From Ginkgo biloba (taxonomy: Eukaryota > Plantae > Ginkgophyta), in contig JANKJI020000002.1 of assembly GCA_024626585.2 (NCBI GenBank), positions 49,943,553-49,963,320 of the forward strand: DNA of 19,768 nt, written 5' to 3'. Shown one piece after another: positions 1-10,113 of the stretch (within the stretch, counting starts at the first letter, position 1; each line of letters begins with the position of its first letter). Made by a program: the position numbers and the translations under genes. The notes under the pieces are model-generated. The model made no database searches. It was not told the origin of the DNA and saw nothing but the letters and a program-made list of their open reading frames with translations.

Positions 1-57
1 TATATACATACATACATAAATACATTATATGAAAAAATATCTATATTGCATATTATA

Positions 58-742
58 TTTTCTCCTCCAATGGACATACATTCCTCTTCTTTTCTCTAGT
101 TCAACTTCCCTTTCTTTCTTTCACCTAGTTTTTCTTGGAATTCCCTAACACCTACTCAATACTCTCCTCCCTTTTTCAGCCTCTTTCCCTTTATCTTTTG
201 TTAGGATTTCATCTGCCTAAATTTGGTGCCCTATTTCCATCCTTCTAAGGACTCAGTTAGTAATGTCATAAATGACCTGTCAGGTACTCTACCAATCGAA
301 GCTTTCCACAAGTTACTAGCCTATGCCTATGCCATCCCCTTCTGTCGTTGGTAGGTGCAATATTTAAATTTTTGGTCCTTTCTTGGCTCTTCTATGGTAT
401 TAAATTTAGTTGGTGTGGTTGGTGGAGTTCCTTTGTCTCCCATCTTTGACATAACTCCCCTGCTTAATAGTAATAATTTGACTTTTTATTTTAATTCTTT
501 TATTTAGATTCGGGGACCTTGAGTTCAAAAAACTCACATCGGTGTTGGTCACCTTCCATCTGACATTGTCGGTCTTCATTGCTTCCCCCAACCTTGTCGG
601 TCTCCTCTTATGCTTTTCTGATAACCCATATTCTTCTATCTTTACTTTGACCATGTCGATCTCCATCCCTTCATATTGGTGTCTATTATAAACTTTTCAA
701 CGATGTTATCCAAAGCTCATGTTATCTGACAATGTTGGTGAT
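58..742 (-). repeat. Copy 1 of a ~685-bp duplicated segment (3' internal region of an LTR retroelement), homologous to 2168-2843
   Basis: Aligns by eye from tttctcctccaatggacat (58 vs 2168) to ...gtgat (742 vs 2843), roughly 80% identity on a sampled stretch, with one ~9-bp indel. Minus-strand ORFs 406-666 and 2561-2767 are clear paralogues (MEIDMVKVKIEEYGL / METDMVRAKIEEHGL). Confidence 0.9.
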
Positions 743-1450
743 CTCTTGATGTGTCTTCCTTCTTTGTTGTCTACTGATGATGTTAATGTTCCTCAACATA
801 CTTCACCGATAGCATTGACCAGACCCATGTCATTTTCCTTTCTTATCGTTGAGACCCTTTCTCTGTCAGACGTCATTGTCTGACATCAAACTTCCACTCC
901 TTTGTCAAAAAATCATTCATTATTTCCCTGGCATTCGTCTCACCCGAGTGTGCATCCTTTTATTTTTTTAAAATAAATAATTTCCCCTTTAAAAAATTCC
1001 ACTGACATCAATTCTCCATGCATCTTCCCTGACGATGTCAACCTTCCCTCTTTTCTTTCTCATTGGAACCTCTTTCCTTTGATTTTTTCTGTCGATGGTG
1101 TCGGTCTCACCCAATAATATCGGTCACCTCTGACGATGTTGGATTCTCCTCCAAGGTATTCAGACGATGTTGATTTCCATACATGTCATCTGACCATGTT
1201 GGCAAGACCCTATCATTTACATTTCTCATCGGTCATCAGTCTTTGACCATCTGACATTGTTTCCCTTTATAACCACTTGATCCCATGTAGGTGGCATCTA
1301 AGCTTCCACCAACATACAAAATCCTCACCAACCATGTTGGTTGTTGAAGCNNNNNNNNNNNNNNNNNNNNNNNNNNNNNNNNNNNNNNNNNNNNNNNNNN
1401 NNNNNNNNNNNNNNNNNNNNNNNNNNNNNNNNNNNNNNNNNNNNNNNNNN

Positions 1451-1755
1451 TCTTTTTCAATTATTCATCTTAGTCCATTGGTCCCTACACCAGTTGTTGC
1501 ACTTCCACCTCAAGTTTTGATTCTGAGTCTAATTTGGTCCTCTTTCTCTGTGCTTCATCTTTCAAACCCTCAACTCATCTCAATAAAGCCTCCAAATCTC
1601 TGTTTGTTGGTCTCATCTGTCTATCACCTCTAACTCTGAACACCATTTCTCTCTCACCTTCACGAGGAGATGGTATCATACTCACTATTGAGTCGTTCCT
1701 TAGCTTTGAATTCAAATGTTAGTATCAGTTCTCTTTTCCAATGGGTCGTTGCTTT
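1451..1755 (-). pseudogene. Decayed 5' internal region, possibly the gag start, of an LTR retrotransposon immediately downstream of the PBS
   Basis: Minus-strand reading MIPSPREGEREMVFRVRGDRQMRPTNRDLEALLR*VEGFER*STEKEDQIRLRIKT* is a charged frame broken by TGA stops compatible with CGA->TGA deamination. Its position after the PBS is where gag starts. No diagnostic motif seen. Confidence 0.4.
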
Positions 1756-1768
1756 GGCTCTAATACCA
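1756..1768 (-). promoter_or_regulatory. Primer-binding site complementary to the initiator tRNA-Met 3' end
   Basis: + strand ggctctaatacca reads TGGTATTAGAGCC on the minus strand, one C->T change from the canonical plant PBS TGGTATCAGAGC(C), and directly abuts the LTR end. Confidence 0.8.
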
Positions 1769-2096
1769 GAGGATATGGGGGTCGATGAGGACAACCCTAT
1801 ACCTAGGGAAATTTGAACTGCTATAGCTTGGAGTAAGCCCTAAATCATAAGAAAGTGTAACAAAATTCCACAAGGAGGCTAAAACACGCAAGTACACCAA
1901 TTTTTTAAATTTTCTCTTGAAATTACATTTTTAATTAAAGTAGGAAAATTATAATTAATGAAACAAATATATATTACAGAGCTTAGTCTATAAAAACATA
2001 AAATTACAAGTTGTATCTTCCCCTATGGAAATGTTTTACAACATCACCTACACCTCTAGTAGGAGGGTTCTAATGCTAATAATTATAATATCTTCA
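1769..2096 (-). mobile_element. ~330-bp LTR (minus orientation) bounded by a PBS on one side and a PPT on the other
   Basis: The right end atatcttca (minus strand TGAAGATAT) and left end (a)gaggatat form a degenerate terminal inverted repeat. PBS at 1756-1768, PPT at 2097-2107, AT-rich interior. The left terminus is mutated from the TG/CA consensus. Confidence 0.7.
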
Positions 2097-2107
2097 ACTC
2101 CCCTCAA
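2097..2107 (-). promoter_or_regulatory. Polypurine tract of an LTR retrotransposon
   Basis: + strand actcccctcaa reads TTGAGGGGAGT on the minus strand, immediately followed by TGAAGATAT (LTR start). It resembles the common plant TTGAGGGGGAG PPT. Confidence 0.7.
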
Positions 2108-2167
2108 TTCGGTCCTTCTTCATTATTGCATGTGATTGCCTCACAATCAGTGCTTCTGTCATTGAGG

Positions 2168-2843
2168 TTTTCTCCTCCAATGGACATGCAGTCCTCTTCT
2201 CTACTCTAGTTTGGATTCCCTTGCATTCTTACACCTAAGTTTTCCTAGAATTCCTAGGCACCTGCTCAATTCTCTCCTCCTTTTTTCAACCTCTTTCCCT
2301 CTATCTTTTGTTAGGATTTTATCTGCCTGAATTTGGTGCCCGATTTCCATCCTTCCAAGGACTCAATTGGTAAATGATATGTTAGGTACTCTACCAATTG
2401 AATCTTTCCACGGTATACTAGCCCATGCTTATGCCATCGCCTTTCATCGTTGGTAGGTGCAATATTTAAATTTTGGTCCTTTCTCACCTCTTCTATGGCA
2501 TTAAATTTGGTTGCTATGATTGGTGGATTTTCTTTGTCACCCATCTCTGACATAGCTTCCCTACTTAATAGTAATAACTTGACTTTTTATTTTAATTCTT
2601 TTATTTGGATTTAGGGACCTTGAGTTCAAAAACCTCACGTCGGTGTCGTTCACATTCCATCCAACATTATCGATCTTCACTACTTCCCATGACCTTATCA
2701 GTGCCCATTTATACTTTTCTAATAACCCATGTTCTTCTATCTTTGCTCTCACCATGTCAGTCTCCATCCCTTCATGTCAATGTCCATTATAAGCTTCTTG
2801 ATGATGTCGTCCAAAGCTCCTATTATTCAATGATGTCAGTGAT
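2168..2843 (-). repeat. Copy 2 of the duplicated LTR-retroelement 3' internal segment (runs into a gap)
   Basis: Homologous to 58-742 and lies just upstream of the PPT on the minus strand. Confidence 0.9.
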
Positions 2844-4359
2844 NNNNNNNNNNNNNNNNNNNNNNNNNNNNNNNNNNNNNNNNNNNNNNNNNNNNNNNNN
2901 NNNNNNNNNNNNNNNNNNNNNNNNNNNNNNNNNNNNNNNNNNNTTGTTTGGGTGGAGGAACCCTTTTTTCCTACTACTCCTTATTTATCCCTTCCTTTGA
3001 TGTCTTCAACGATTTGCATGAATGGTCCTATTTTTTTAATTTTCTCCCATTCTTCATTACAATGTCTTAGCCTTTCCTCTCTTGTCTCTTTGTTAGGCAT
3101 CCCCTAATAAGCACATCCATCACTCTAACATACCTTAGCCCATACTATCATAAGTGTTCCCCTTTCTANNNNNNNNNNNNNNNNNNNGCTCCTACCTCTT
3201 CCATGGGTCTATTTTTATGTACTTGATAAGTAATTCTGGTACTGAATTCAAGAATTGTACATATGCTGGTGTGTAGAATTCTTCATATATTTTATTAATT
3301 AACCAGTCATTTCATAGTGTAGTGTCCCAATAATACTTTTCATAAACTTTTTTCCACCAATCCTATGTGATATGTTTCACTTTTTTAGGATCTAAAAATT
3401 TTCCTTATCGGTCAATCACAACCCTATTGATGAGTACTCCCAATACTTCCCAACTATGTCATTCTTAATTTATTTCTCTATTTGTTGACAATCATCTTAT
3501 GCATACACTGTCTATCTCTGAGAGACTATCCATGCATAGATCTCAGTTGGAGTGCTGACAATAAATTCCTCATTCATGTTAATAAAAATATTATCTTCTC
3601 CCACTTTTATTAAAATGTTATGTCATTGAGCATAACATTGAATGTAATTGTTAATGCAAGATGGGTTGGTAGTCGACCAAAATTGATGCCTGTCAAGCAT
3701 AGTAAAACTACCATAGGTCAGTTACTCATGCCACAACTTATCGATAATAAGGTAAATTGACATTGATAGTGTATGTCGACACTTCCTTTTAGGATCCTAT
3801 TAGTAGCCTTGGTCGATGACCTCGACAATCCCTCTTGTCAGGATATTCTGGGTCATCTATTGGTTACACTCACCGACTCATGCACATTTGGAAAATCTTA
3901 ATGATATAATTTTGGCACCAATGAATGTAAATGAAAAATAAAATTAATTTACATGAACCCAACATCAATGGATTTGTAATGAAAATATAAAGCACATGTA
4001 AACAAGGTCATATCAATACACCACAAATCAAGACATAATATTTTTAACTACAGAAACCCTCATAGAGAATAAAACTCCAAGTACATTAACAACTACTACT
4101 TTTAAGTATTACACTATCCTCCATGGATCTTCCTCATGCTAGAGGGCATTACAAATAGCTATAATATTTTTAAATAGGAAGAATAGAACCATAAGCTATA
4201 AGCCACAAGTTATCTCCCTTGATAATTATGCTTGGCCATGCTCAGTTAGCTCTTTTCTCGTCAATAAACTCCTCAATGCCTTTTCTTACGTTCACTCATT
4301 GGAATGTTTAGTGCTTTTACCAATTTCCTTGATCGACATTTCTATGAGGTTGTGTCAAT

Positions 4360-4670
4360 GGAATCCTCAATACCTTATCAATTGCCTCAATTTTAACGAT
4401 TTTGTCTTACTGTGGTTTCTTTTCTTTGAGTTGCCTCAAGTTCAACAAATCTACTCAATATGATAGGTGGATTCCTCAATGCCTCCATCGATTGCCTCAA
4501 GTTTGTCGATTTTGTTATCCCACAATTCCTTTCTTTGAGTTGCCTCAAGTTTAGTGAATCTACTCAAAATTTAGGGTCAATTCATCAATGCCTCTATCGA
4601 CTGCCTCAAGTTTGGTCATTCTGTCAGTATTCGTCAAGTTGCCTCACATTCAACAAATCTACTCAATCTA
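4360..4670. repeat. Degenerate tandem repeat, ~110-bp period, ~3 copies, each holding two ttgcctcaag sub-units
   Basis: Units start near 4361, 4470 and 4579 (ga(a/t)tcctcaatgcc...ttgcctcaagttt...ttctttgagttgcctcaagttcaacaaatctactcaa). A partial earlier copy lies near 4268. Confidence 0.8.
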
Positions 4671-5024
4671 TGTCTAAACACCAAAATCCCATAATCTGTC
4701 AAGTACTTGACTCTGCTATTAGACTTTGCACTCGCTCTACTCCTTTCACCGACTACGTCACCATNNNNNNNNNNNNNNNNNNNNNNNNNNNNNNNNNNNN
4801 NNNNNNNNNNNNNNNNNNNNNNNNNNNNNNNNNNNNNNNNNNNNNNNNNNNNNNNNNNNNNNNNTATATATTCTTAACAAGATATGTTTGAAGAAACATT
4901 AAGACTTCAATCAATTTGAAATATTTTTTCTAAGTAAAACAAATAATAATAATAAATAAGGAATATCAATTTCAATTGCACAAAAGTAAGTGAATATATT
5001 TGTGGCAATTATTTGCCTTGGGTT

Positions 5025-5075
5025 TGTATGCACGCGCGCGCACGTGTGTGTGTGTGTTTATTTATTTATTTATTT
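5025..5075. repeat. Compound microsatellite (CG)n(TG)n(TTTA)n
   Basis: tgtatgcacgcgcgcgcacgtgtgtgtgtgtgt followed by ttatttatttatttattt. Confidence 0.9.
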
Positions 5076-7615
5076 GAGGTGTACATCCATTCAATTATTT
5101 TGGTAAAATTTTATTATATGTCTATACTATATCTATACTATTATATGTCACGTGTTTGTACTATATTAGGGAAATAATGGAGCAATAATGTTGTGGTAAT
5201 TATTTTCCATGGGTGTGTACTATTATATACTACATGTCTAAAAAAGTTGGAAGTGTACATCCATCTATAAAATTTATTGGAAAAAAAAATTGAATTTTGT
5301 CATTAAAAATTATAAGTGCACATCATTTACCCCCGCCTCTAAAAAATAAAGAATAAAATAATTACCGTATGACTATGATTGAAAGAACTAAANNNNNNNN
5401 NNNNNNNNNNNNNNNNNNNNNNNATAATAATTTACTTATATATATTGAAATATATGCTCAATAGATTATAGATAATGGTGAATTATCTTATAATATATTT
5501 GCATATTTGTTAGGGTTTAGGAAGCGTTTCTTCATTTTTTTTCAGTCGTGACCTGTCTAAATTTGATTGTAGATGTATTAGATTTACTGAGGCATATTTT
5601 CATTCTTATTATGACACAAAATTTATGAATGATTATCCATCTAAANNNNNNNNNNNNNNNNNNNNNNNNNNNNNNNNNNNNTGAAGGCATCTCTTCATTC
5701 TTATTCAATTCTTGATACATCTCTTCATTCTTTTGTTTGTGTAGGTTTCCATATTTATTTTCATATGTTATTCATAATTATAATGGTGTTTTTTTGCACT
5801 CATAATGTTGCTAATAATAATGATTGTTATCAAGAACATATTTTTATAAAATATTCCATATAATTCAAAATTTTTAAAAACTTTCACAATGTTTGATATC
5901 AAAGATGAATTATCTATTTAGATTTTGACTATGCATACCTACTCTAGGTAACCTAAAGGATCTCTATTCCCATTCAAACCNNNNNNNNNNNNNNNNNNNN
6001 NNNNNNNNNNNNNNNNNNNNNNNNNNNNNNNNNNNNNNNNNNNNNNNNNNNNNNNNNNNNNNNNNNNNNNNNNNNNNNNNCGATTAAATTTTTCAATAAT
6101 ATTTAATTTCATCATATTTATACCACTATACTAAAAAAAGGTCATGTCAAGCCATCCCCTCATTAATGGCGTGAATAACAAAGAATGTTATAATAATAAT
6201 AATAATTGATCTTCTAAATTCACAATTTAAAAAAAAAGAGAAAAATCCATATGCCAAATTAAATATGGTTCTCATTGGTTCCATCATGATGAAATAAAAA
6301 CATGATTATCATAATTAGTCATAATTGTTGTAAAAAAGAAAAAGAGTCATGATCAAGCATATCATGTCTTAAAACTTGAATAACTTTAAGAAAGTATGGG
6401 TTGATTATATTTGAAAATACAAAGGAGAGTAAGATGAAATAAAGGAATTGCACGATTATTCCCTTATAGTGACCAAGACCAATTCCTTGTCATGACATAA
6501 AATTTGTATTCAAGGACAAACCTATCTAGAGTTGTACCTAAAACGATATGATAATATGATGCTTGAAATTGTCCAAAATAATGATTAATCCCAAGATTCT
6601 ATCCACTCTAATGTAATATAAATAGACTCATTTTCAACTCCACACCACCCCCCCCCCGCAAAATAAAAAAAGGTAATATAAAAGAATACACTCTCCTTGA
6701 AAAACCCTTGAGATAAGAAAAATAAACTCTAATGAGTAAGTTTCCTCATGATAATCACAAGGTCCATTCCTTACTTGTATATGTTCTAATCTCCCAATGT
6801 TAGGCCTTATGTAAAGGTATGCATGTCGCAACTAAAGTAACATTACAATAGGATTGCTGGTAACTTAAAGTAAATCCCCTTTATCCAAAGCTTTTCATTT
6901 CCCCTTAGACCCAATGCTTTTTACCCAATGTTGTCATGCAAGTGGTGTCTATCACCATTTACAACATTATTTCATAGGTTAGAGAGAATTTTTTTTGGTT
7001 AACCATGCACATTCAATGATACATGTATTTAGGTAGTTGACGACGGGAACACAACCATAATTTTCTAATGCCATATCACCAAAGGCTATGCGCATTGCCC
7101 AATATGGCTTTTTTAGCTTCACCCAACACGATNNNNNNNNNNNNNNNNNNNNNNNNNNNNNNNNNNNNNNNNNNNNNNNNNNNNNNNNNNNNNNNNNNNN
7201 NNNNNNNNNNNNNNNNNNNNNNNNNNNNNNNNNNNNNNNNNNNNNNNNNNNNNNNNNNNNNNNNNNNNNNNNNNNNNNNNNNNNNNNNNNNNNNNNNNNN
7301 NNNNNNNNNNNNNNNNNNNNNNNNNNNNNNNNNNNNNNNNNNNNNNNNNNNNNNNNNNNNNNNNNNNNNNNNNNNNNNNNNNNNNNNNNNNNNNNNNNNN
7401 NNNNNNNNNNNNNNNNNNNNNNNNNNNNNNNNNNNNNNNNNNNNNNNNNNNNNNNNNNNNNNNNNNNNNNNNNNNNNNNNNNNNNNNNNNNNNNNNNNNN
7501 NNNNNNNNNNNNNNNNNNNNNNNNNNNNNNNNNNNNNNNNNNNNNNNNNNNNNNNNNNNNNNNNNNNNNNNNNNNNNNNNNNNNNNNCAGTAGCTTAATC
7601 TTCACTCCATCGTCA

Positions 7616-7689
7616 ATGAAGCTCTTCATCGAAGTAGAAATATCTCCAGAGGAGATTCCTCTGGCAACTGAGCTCTTTCGTACACTTCG
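7616..7689 (+). CDS. Coding exon 1 of an uncharacterized spliced plant gene (MKLFIEVEISPEEIPLATELFRTL-R, phase-2 donor)
   Basis: ATG at 7616, protein-like amphipathic translation, strong donor CG|GTAAGA at 7690, locally CpG-rich, and splices in frame to 8638. The frame is open back to the gap, so an upstream start cannot be excluded. Confidence 0.8.
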
Positions 7690-7859
7690 GTAAGACCAAT
7701 TGAAATCCAACAAAATACAAATAGGTCTAAATCAGAGTAGCGACTGGAATGTAAACGCAACCGGTAGCAAACAAGTGTGAACAGTCTCTCACGGATGATA
7801 AATTTGTTCTCCTTACCTTTTCAAATTTAACGAAATCGCTATTAGAGTCGGTCAAACGG

Positions 7860-8400
7860 AAACATATTCTTACTGAAGAACTCACGTCTTAAACCTAAAA
7901 CCTATAGTCTTTTATTGAGTTTGCTCATTCCTGCAAATTATCTTAAAGCTTAAATGCTCTGTAATCAAGTTTGCATATTCTTCTGAAATATCGTAAAACT
8001 CTTAACCATTAAACCTTCTGGCCTGGTTTTGAATTTTCACATTCATGGAAAATGTCCTAACTAAGCTTATACATTAAAGCTCTTCTGTTGAATTTGCATA
8101 TTCTTGTAAAATGTCTTAACCCATTAACCATTAAACCCTATACCCTTAAACTTCGTATTCATGTATAGAATTTGTAAATTCTCTTAAAATGTATCAAGCC
8201 CTTAAGCCTTAGAATTCGTTGTTGTATGAATTTGCAGAATTTATAAAGTCTTAAAACCCTAAACCTTCAAATTCTATGTGGTATGGAGTTTGCGTATTCC
8301 TCTAAATATCTTAAACCCTTAACCTTTAAACCCGTTGGCCCTTCAAGCCTTAAACCCGGGGCTCTTGGACTGAAATTACATATTCAGAAATTCTTGCAAA
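7860..8400. repeat. Degenerate ~50-85-bp minisatellite (~8-9 units) with telomere-like heptamers in intron 1
   Basis: Core ga(a/g)tttgcatattc variants at 7917, 7967, 8031, 8090, 8168, 8228, 8286 and 8372, mostly followed by tcttaaaccc(t)taacc-like runs. Exact AAACCCTA at 8133-8140 and 8254-8261. Confidence 0.8.
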
Positions 8401-8416
8401 ATTTTCTGCACCTGTC

Positions 8417-8468
8417 AGCTTATGTGAAATATTCTGAATTGGAGCTTATGTGAAATATTCTGAATTGG
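8417..8468. repeat. Perfect 26-bp tandem duplication
   Basis: agcttatgtgaaatattctgaattgg x2 (8417-8442, 8443-8468). Confidence 0.95.
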
Positions 8469-8637
8469 AAAACCCTGAATTCCTATACCATTTCGTTGAT
8501 TTTCCATAAATTTTCATAATTTTGTAAACTCTGAATTTTCTACCCCAATACTCTTGTATTGAGTTTGCTTTGTTTTTCACTGGTGGTATTAGTGAATAAG
8601 TTGATAAATTAGCTCCTGATCAGAAATGAAATGGCAG

Positions 8638-8779
8638 TGCTTTGACAGATCATGTGAAGGCTCGAGACATAGGGAAACTGTTTCAAAAGCTTATCTCACG
8701 GTTAGAGGACAGCAGTCAGTGGGATGTTGTAGCAAATGAGATTTGCACTCTGCTCACTGAATGTTCATCTCCCGAAATG
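8638..8779 (+). CDS. Coding exon 2 of the same gene (R-ALTDHVKARDIGKLFQKLISRLEDSSQWDVVANEICTLLTECSSPEM, phase-0 donor)
   Basis: Acceptor ggCAG|T at 8635-8637 and donor ATG|GTATGT at 8780. The 142 nt equal 1 nt plus 47 stop-free codons, which exactly complements the phase-2 end of exon 1. The translation is amphipathic and helical-looking. The polypyrimidine tract is weak. Confidence 0.8.
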
Positions 8780-9400
8780 GTATGTTAGCATGGTTTGTAT
8801 TTGATCTCAAGCAGAACGAATAGTATTTGATCTTATGGTGGACTTGGGGTGCTATTTTTCTATTGGCAGTGTCAGTGTCAATTTTTGACTCGTTAAATTC
8901 ACATACAATACAGGTCCCACTGTTAAATTTGAACGGTGCCTGGGGACGGGGAACCAGAACTTAAATTGCCTCAACTGCTGCCTGGCTTCCCATGGATACC
9001 CTTTATTCCACAGGGCAGCAAATTTCTTTTGCATGAAGATAATTTACCTGCTGCATTATGCATTGAATGCAAGATGATTGCTTCACTATCTCTACCAAAT
9101 TTATGGGTTCATGTGCCTTTGTTATTGCTGGCAATTTTAACACACTAGCAGGTCAAGAGTCAAACTCAGTGGTGTCTGCCTATTTGCTGTACATTCAAGT
9201 CAATATGGAAACCTAGAGGGGTATTGGGTAATGTTGTGAAAATAGTATCAACAGCACATCAGCTATCCATATAAGTTGCTTTATAATTTGTACTATACAT
9301 NNNNNNNNNNNNNNNNNNNNNNNNNNNNNNNNNNNNNNNNNNNNNNNNNNNNNNNNNNNNNNNNNNNNNNNNNNNNNNNNNNNNNNNNNNNNNNNNNNNN

Positions 9401-9450
9401 CCACCTAATGCCATTCTAATGCCACCTAATCCCATTCTAATGACACCTAA
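9401..9450. repeat. ~21-bp degenerate tandem repeat at a gap edge, possibly a subterminal repeat of a DNA transposon
   Basis: ccacctaatgccattctaatg ccacctaatcccattctaatg acacctaat. Confidence 0.7.
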
Positions 9451-10071
9451 TTTTTTCAAAATTTTTATCCTATATATTTAATATTATAATGTGGTTATTA
9501 ATGGGGTCCTTATGCAAGAGAATGAATCTCAAATTAACTTATCATTTATTATGTGAGAAAACCCTTGATTGATTATGAGTTTAACTATTTTAAGATATAT
9601 AGATAATGCCTTACAATTATCAATTCTACCAAGTGACTAAGGCATTATATGCTTCATAGCCATACCAAATTCATGCTCCCATCTAATATTCTTAAATATA
9701 TCCTAGAAAATATAGTCCTATTGATACCTTTTGGTTGTTGGATAGTTCTAGTCCAAGAATTTGATCTTGAATTTTTACATCCCAAAGCTAAGAAGGGTAT
9801 GGATTTAGATAAAATACTTACCAACTCTCCTTCTCCTCCTTAATTTCCTATTTTAATAGTCAATACATTTGCTTTTTTGGATCAACAAGTTGAGTAATAT
9901 TTGTGTGATGCTTTGAGGGCCTTTGTTATAGTTTGAATTGTTCTTGCCAAAGATGGATCATGAGAGTACTAATACTCCTTTTTTTTTAACCTATTGAGGA
10001 CCAAGTTATAATCAAAACAGTGAACCAAAAGGTTGTGTTGCCTTGTTATATAAATTGCTAAGGTTGGAACA

Positions 10072-10113
10072 CCATCTTGTGGTTGACCCTCTCCATCTTG
10101 TTGTTGACCCTCT
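10072..10113. repeat. 21-bp tandem duplication (1 mismatch)
   Basis: ccatcttgtggttgaccctct / ccatcttgttgttgaccctct. Confidence 0.9.

Noticed and set aside
3908-3922. ttttggcacca as a PBS of another LTR element
   Set aside because: The match is too short and no LTR boundary could be defined.
4360-4670. CRISPR-like reading of the ttgcctcaag repeats (likewise the 7860-8400 array)
   Set aside because: The repeats are degenerate, the intervening sequences are homologous to each other, there are no cas genes and the context is eukaryotic.
6979-7713. Long ORFs 6979-7713(-), 7068-7598(+), 7088-7693(+) and other X-filled ORFs such as 13817-14311
   Set aside because: Their length comes from translating N gaps. 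Only the 7616-7689 part is supported as an exon.
8641-8648. Alternative acceptor tttgacAG at 8648 for exon 2
   Set aside because: It puts exon 2 out of frame with the phase-2 exon 1 donor. The acceptor at 8637 preserves the frame.
8936-9148. 70-aa ORF MPGDGEPELK... after exon 2
   Set aside because: It starts at GTG, has no recognisable similarity and no convincing splice pair, so it is treated as intronic.
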